From positions 24,366,001 to 24,430,000 of the forward strand of contig NC_135251.1 in assembly GCF_964204865.1 (NCBI RefSeq): a stretch of 64,000 bases of DNA. The letters run 5' to 3'. Positions within the stretch are counted from its first letter, which is position 1; each line of letters begins with the position of its first letter. This DNA is from Styela clava. Its lineage: Eukaryota. Below the pieces are notes generated by a model, which did not search any database, was not told the DNA's origin, and was given only the letters and a program-made list of their open reading frames with translations. This document shows, one piece after another, positions 60,101 through 64,000 of this stretch. The translations under genes were made by a program, and so were the position numbers.

Positions 60101-62688
60101 AGGTTCTTATCCCCGAGTTACGGTCCGTACTTGATTTTTGTTTTAGTGACAAATCTTCAGATGATGAACATAACAGGGAAAATTCAATGAATTTACTTGA
60201 AGAAGAGTTGGCAGAAGCCAGACGACTTTCTTTTGTACATGGTAGATGGATATATGATCAAGTACGTAGTCAGATTGTTCAAAATGTCTTCCTACTGTAT
60301 GGAACAGGAATCATGCTGGAACATAGGAAACCCGGAGGGTCATGACTCCCAACTCAGGGTTGAAACAAATTTTTTCTCTGACTCCAGATCCGTTAAAATC
60401 ATTTTTGATATTCAAAACTTTGGTATATGCAAGACTTCTTTGCTAGACTGTTTAGATTGCTTTATTAAATTGACCCTATTTGAGTTTCTGTTGAAAATGT
60501 AACTTCTTTTATTACTATAGAAAGTGTGTTCTTGTTGTATGGCCAATGACCCAACGCTTATGCCAATAATTTTGATAGTTTGGTTCAAGTTAGTTATAGT
60601 AATCATTTTTATTTCACTAGAGAGAAGGACCTGACCTTGTTCGATTATCCATCGCATCTAGTAGGGTAAATGCACCTGCAGATGGAAATTATACAGCATG
60701 TGAAGCATGGTTGAAGTCAATGTTGTTATCTGCATCTGGTAAGTAATGTGGATTTCATGCATTGAACATACGAACATTCAGTTACAGACCTACACGAGTC
60801 TTGAGTAAATGGTTCAGGAAGCTGGTTGCATTCTTGTCAGTCATTGTTGCGAATATGAACAAGGAAGACTAGGATCGAGAAAATGCAGTTTCTTCAGTCT
60901 TTTCTTTAGATTATAATATTCATTTTTATACATCCGTGCCTATTTCATATTTCAGTAACATCCGAATCCACTGAAACTTCAACATCTTCATCTATTCATC
61001 GTCCTGAACCCCACCGATCATCGGGTGCCAGTATTTACGCAGCCTTGTGTCATGCAACTCATTTGATGCATACAATACGAAAAATATTATGTTTGCATAT
61101 GCCTTATAAACTGCATTACAGGTATTTCTTTATCTGATTTGTAAAAAAAATTGACAGAAAAAGTTAGTGTTGTATCACTCTTTTGTTGTGTAGTTTTATT
61201 TCCCGTCCAGCGTTATTGATGCAACAAACCGCTTTGCTGATTTCCTCCGGGATATTTTCATGCATTTTAAGGATATATTCCTTGCTCTTTCAATACATTG
61301 TATAATATACTAAGGAATACTATTTTAAAAAAATTCAATAGTTCAGAGTGATTGTTTCATTTCTCGTTTTTTTTAATCATATCAATGGCTACTTGTCTAC
61401 ATCATTTTTCGGAGTGAATGTATTAAATTTAAAGTATCATACAAATACTGTAATCAGATTGTATACAGTATTCTTTAGTATACTAGGACACATGATTACG
61501 TTTTAATATCTATTACTGTGTTCTAAACTTCAGACAGTTCAGTGTGGGTAATATGAACGTTCAAGAATTTCTGTGGAATGTGCATAAACTCAATGGGAAT
61601 GTTCTTTCACTTTGTCTTCGTAATGGAGTTCAACCTCAGCTAATTCATCCTTTGCATACACTTCCCAATATCCAGAATGCTATACAAATGTATTTACATA
61701 ATGGAGCCAGGTAAAAATTATGTCGTTACATTTAGACTGTTTAAAATTTTTATCAGAAAATAAATGTCATACCTTGGCATTGACACATATTGTACATTAA
61801 CTCACTGCCGGTGATTCAGGCAGTTGTAATATAAAGCATTATTAGTGGAAAATTTGGTGTTCATGGAGTTTGGAGCGAGAGTCATCAATGCAGAGCCAGA
61901 ATCAATTTTTCAATGGCTTGGAATCAGTGTCGGGGAAAACATTTCCACCACAGGCCACAGATATGCATTAAACTGGACATATATATTTATGTTGATGCAG
62001 TGAATCATATTGTGTGATTGTTTCAGATTTTCAAGGTGACGACTAATCATCTTCATTCATACTTTCAGTACTTCTCAATCAATATTAACTCCCGAGTTGA
62101 TTTCATCATTAGAAGAGGCTCTCGAGGAGAGCAGCGATCCTCTACCCGATGATGACGAGAACAGGATGGAGGATTCTCTATCTGAGTGGGAAAACTCACT
62201 TTCTGAAGATTGGGAATCTTTGATACCAAAGCAGTAAGATAACGCTTAAATAGCATTTCATTTAGGAAAGTCACATTAACAATGAATGGTTGAAAAACCC
62301 ATGATAACTATAAATGGTTTTAAAACATCAGAGCATCACTCACGTTCATATTTTATGAACATGATTGAAAATGTCTGAACTGAACGTAGATAGTGATTTC
62401 ATTTTATAGGTTATTGATGCTAATTTCTGGCAAATATTTCATGCAATTTTGACCTGTGCTAATAAATCTTCACATTTCAAATCTATCATTTTTAATAAAA
62501 AATGAACCAACCTTTTTGCTACCAAACTCTAATATAAAAACGTATCATTTTCTAGGTCTTCACTTGCCCATCAATACACATCTGCAGCTCCTTTCCAGTC
62601 TCAAGCCCAGTCTGTTGATATTAGTGAATCACAGGGACTTGTATCAAGTGCTGTTGCTTGGGTTACTAAAGGCTGGTGGAACAGATAG
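57160..62688 (+). CDS. ATG14: Beclin 1-associated autophagy regulator ATG14. Exons ~57160-57389, 58119-58184, 58774-58816, 58894-59085, 59490-59626, 60147-60261, 60621-60738, 60956-61121, 61534-61709, 62069-62233, 62556-62688
   Basis: N-terminal CSIC...CRQC cysteine repeats, coiled coil, LVTHIFPI, LAEARRLSFVHGRW, IYAALCHAT, KLNGNVLSLC, LHTLPNI, DWESL, and a BATS-like amphipathic C-terminus GLVSSAVAWVTKGWWNR*. Confidence 0.9.
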
Positions 62689-64000
62689 CACTTGTTTAAT
62701 TTTAAGTCTTTTTTACATTCAGTATTACTATGCCAGAGATGATTTTTAGAAAAAAAAATAGAGAATATCATATAATATATATTGATATCATTGTTAGATT
62801 CTTCTCTATAATAATTGGTGCTGCAATGACTTATTTGTCTGAATAATAAGAATCAATTTTTGCGATCAAAAAAGCTCTGTATAGTTGGGTATTGTTTGAT
62901 TTGAGTATGGATTAAACAAATTCAGTTCTTTGTATTTCCTACCTAATTTATCAGCTTGGTGTGTTTTAATTTTGAGGCAGTATGGCATGGATTTCTAGAT
63001 TTGAACTGTTGTTTTGTAATTTAAATTGTTCTGTCAATATTTCACTGTATCTGTTTGTATGGTTATTAGTGTTTAGTTTGTTAACTTTCTTGGTATTTGA
63101 ATTACTATTGATAACATAAAGAATATGAATTTGTACGAATAATACTGTTAGTTTTTAATTGCATATTAAATCCTAATAATAATGCCTATATTTGGTATGT
63201 GTTCAATGGCTTGATATACGGGTCATAAGAGCATTTTTCCCACCCCACCTTATGTATTTAGGAATTTCTGAAAAAAATGCCAATTCTATGCCGATATGAT
63301 TTTGTTTTGCTGTGCAAAAAAATACTATTTCCACAATGACTGTCAAACTCTTGTGTATTTTATGTTATTTTTAACATTAAAGTTGATTTTTTAACGCACC
63401 GTAAGTGGGTATTTTGTGGGAGTCTGTTTATGTCCACAAAGTAAATGTGAGGGAAAGTCTAAATTTTGTTCATCCCGCATTTCAATATATTCTGTTCCTC
63501 AAAATTCCTTCCGCTTACAGAACTACATTTTAGGGTATTGAAGATTGTCTATTTTTAAAATATTTTGAAGAAAGCTGTAGAACTATAGAAAAAGTCTGTC
63601 CATATTATGTCGGAAACATTTGGCCAATTCTGGTATAACAAGAACACCATTTTCGCTTACTATCGGTGGCAAGCTGTAGTGACTAAAACTAAGTTAAAGC
63701 TGTTAAACACCGTTCTGTTTGAGCAAACTTCAACTTTTCATACGCCGGTAAGCGCAGATGTATATCTGCACCTGGCAACTACCCCCTGAAAAGATCGCTA
63801 ATTTCTTGATAAAATAACAATTGTGACGCCAGAATATAAAATAAATTCATAAATCTGACTTGCCCAGGCTGTACTTTGGTTTGCTGATGTAGAATGTAAT
63901 TACTTCGTTCTCAATGTCTGTTTGTGGCCATGCGTAAAGCGTTTTTTTGATCTCCAGTGGAAATTTTTCGCGCTTTAATTTATTGGAGACGATTGACTGG

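Noticed and set aside
62027-62039. Alternative ATG14 acceptor at 62026
   Set aside because: It gives an immediate stop in the required phase; the acceptor at 62068 preserves the conserved C-terminus.

Overview
Compact, AT-rich, intron-containing animal genomic DNA. An ascidian/tunicate origin is plausible but inferred only from intron size, repeat types and the peptide-precursor architecture. Spliced models I reconstructed by hand, in order: the 3' part of AFG3L2 (m-AAA protease); a secreted selenocysteine glutathione peroxidase with an in-frame TGA and a 3' UTR SECIS; two tandem paralogous genes for 149-aa secreted precursors (signal peptide, Arg/Tyr-rich helix, acidic tail) of antimicrobial-peptide type; an intronless holocarboxylase synthetase (HLCS) preceded 15 nt upstream by an ASDURF-like prefoldin microprotein ORF; an SNF/U1A/U2B''-family gene with a PIE-like AUUGCAC hairpin in its 3' UTR and a nearly intact ZNF862-like hAT transposon in intron 1; FBXO42 with a 6.4-kb foldback/MULE-like element in its first coding intron; and RFC5 head-to-head with ATG14. 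Introns and intergenic DNA carry many hAT-type MITEs with 8-bp TSDs, some nested. The most interesting candidates are the apparent ASDURF-HLCS bicistron, the duplicated cationic/anionic peptide-precursor genes, and the PIE-like element on an invertebrate SNF-like gene.
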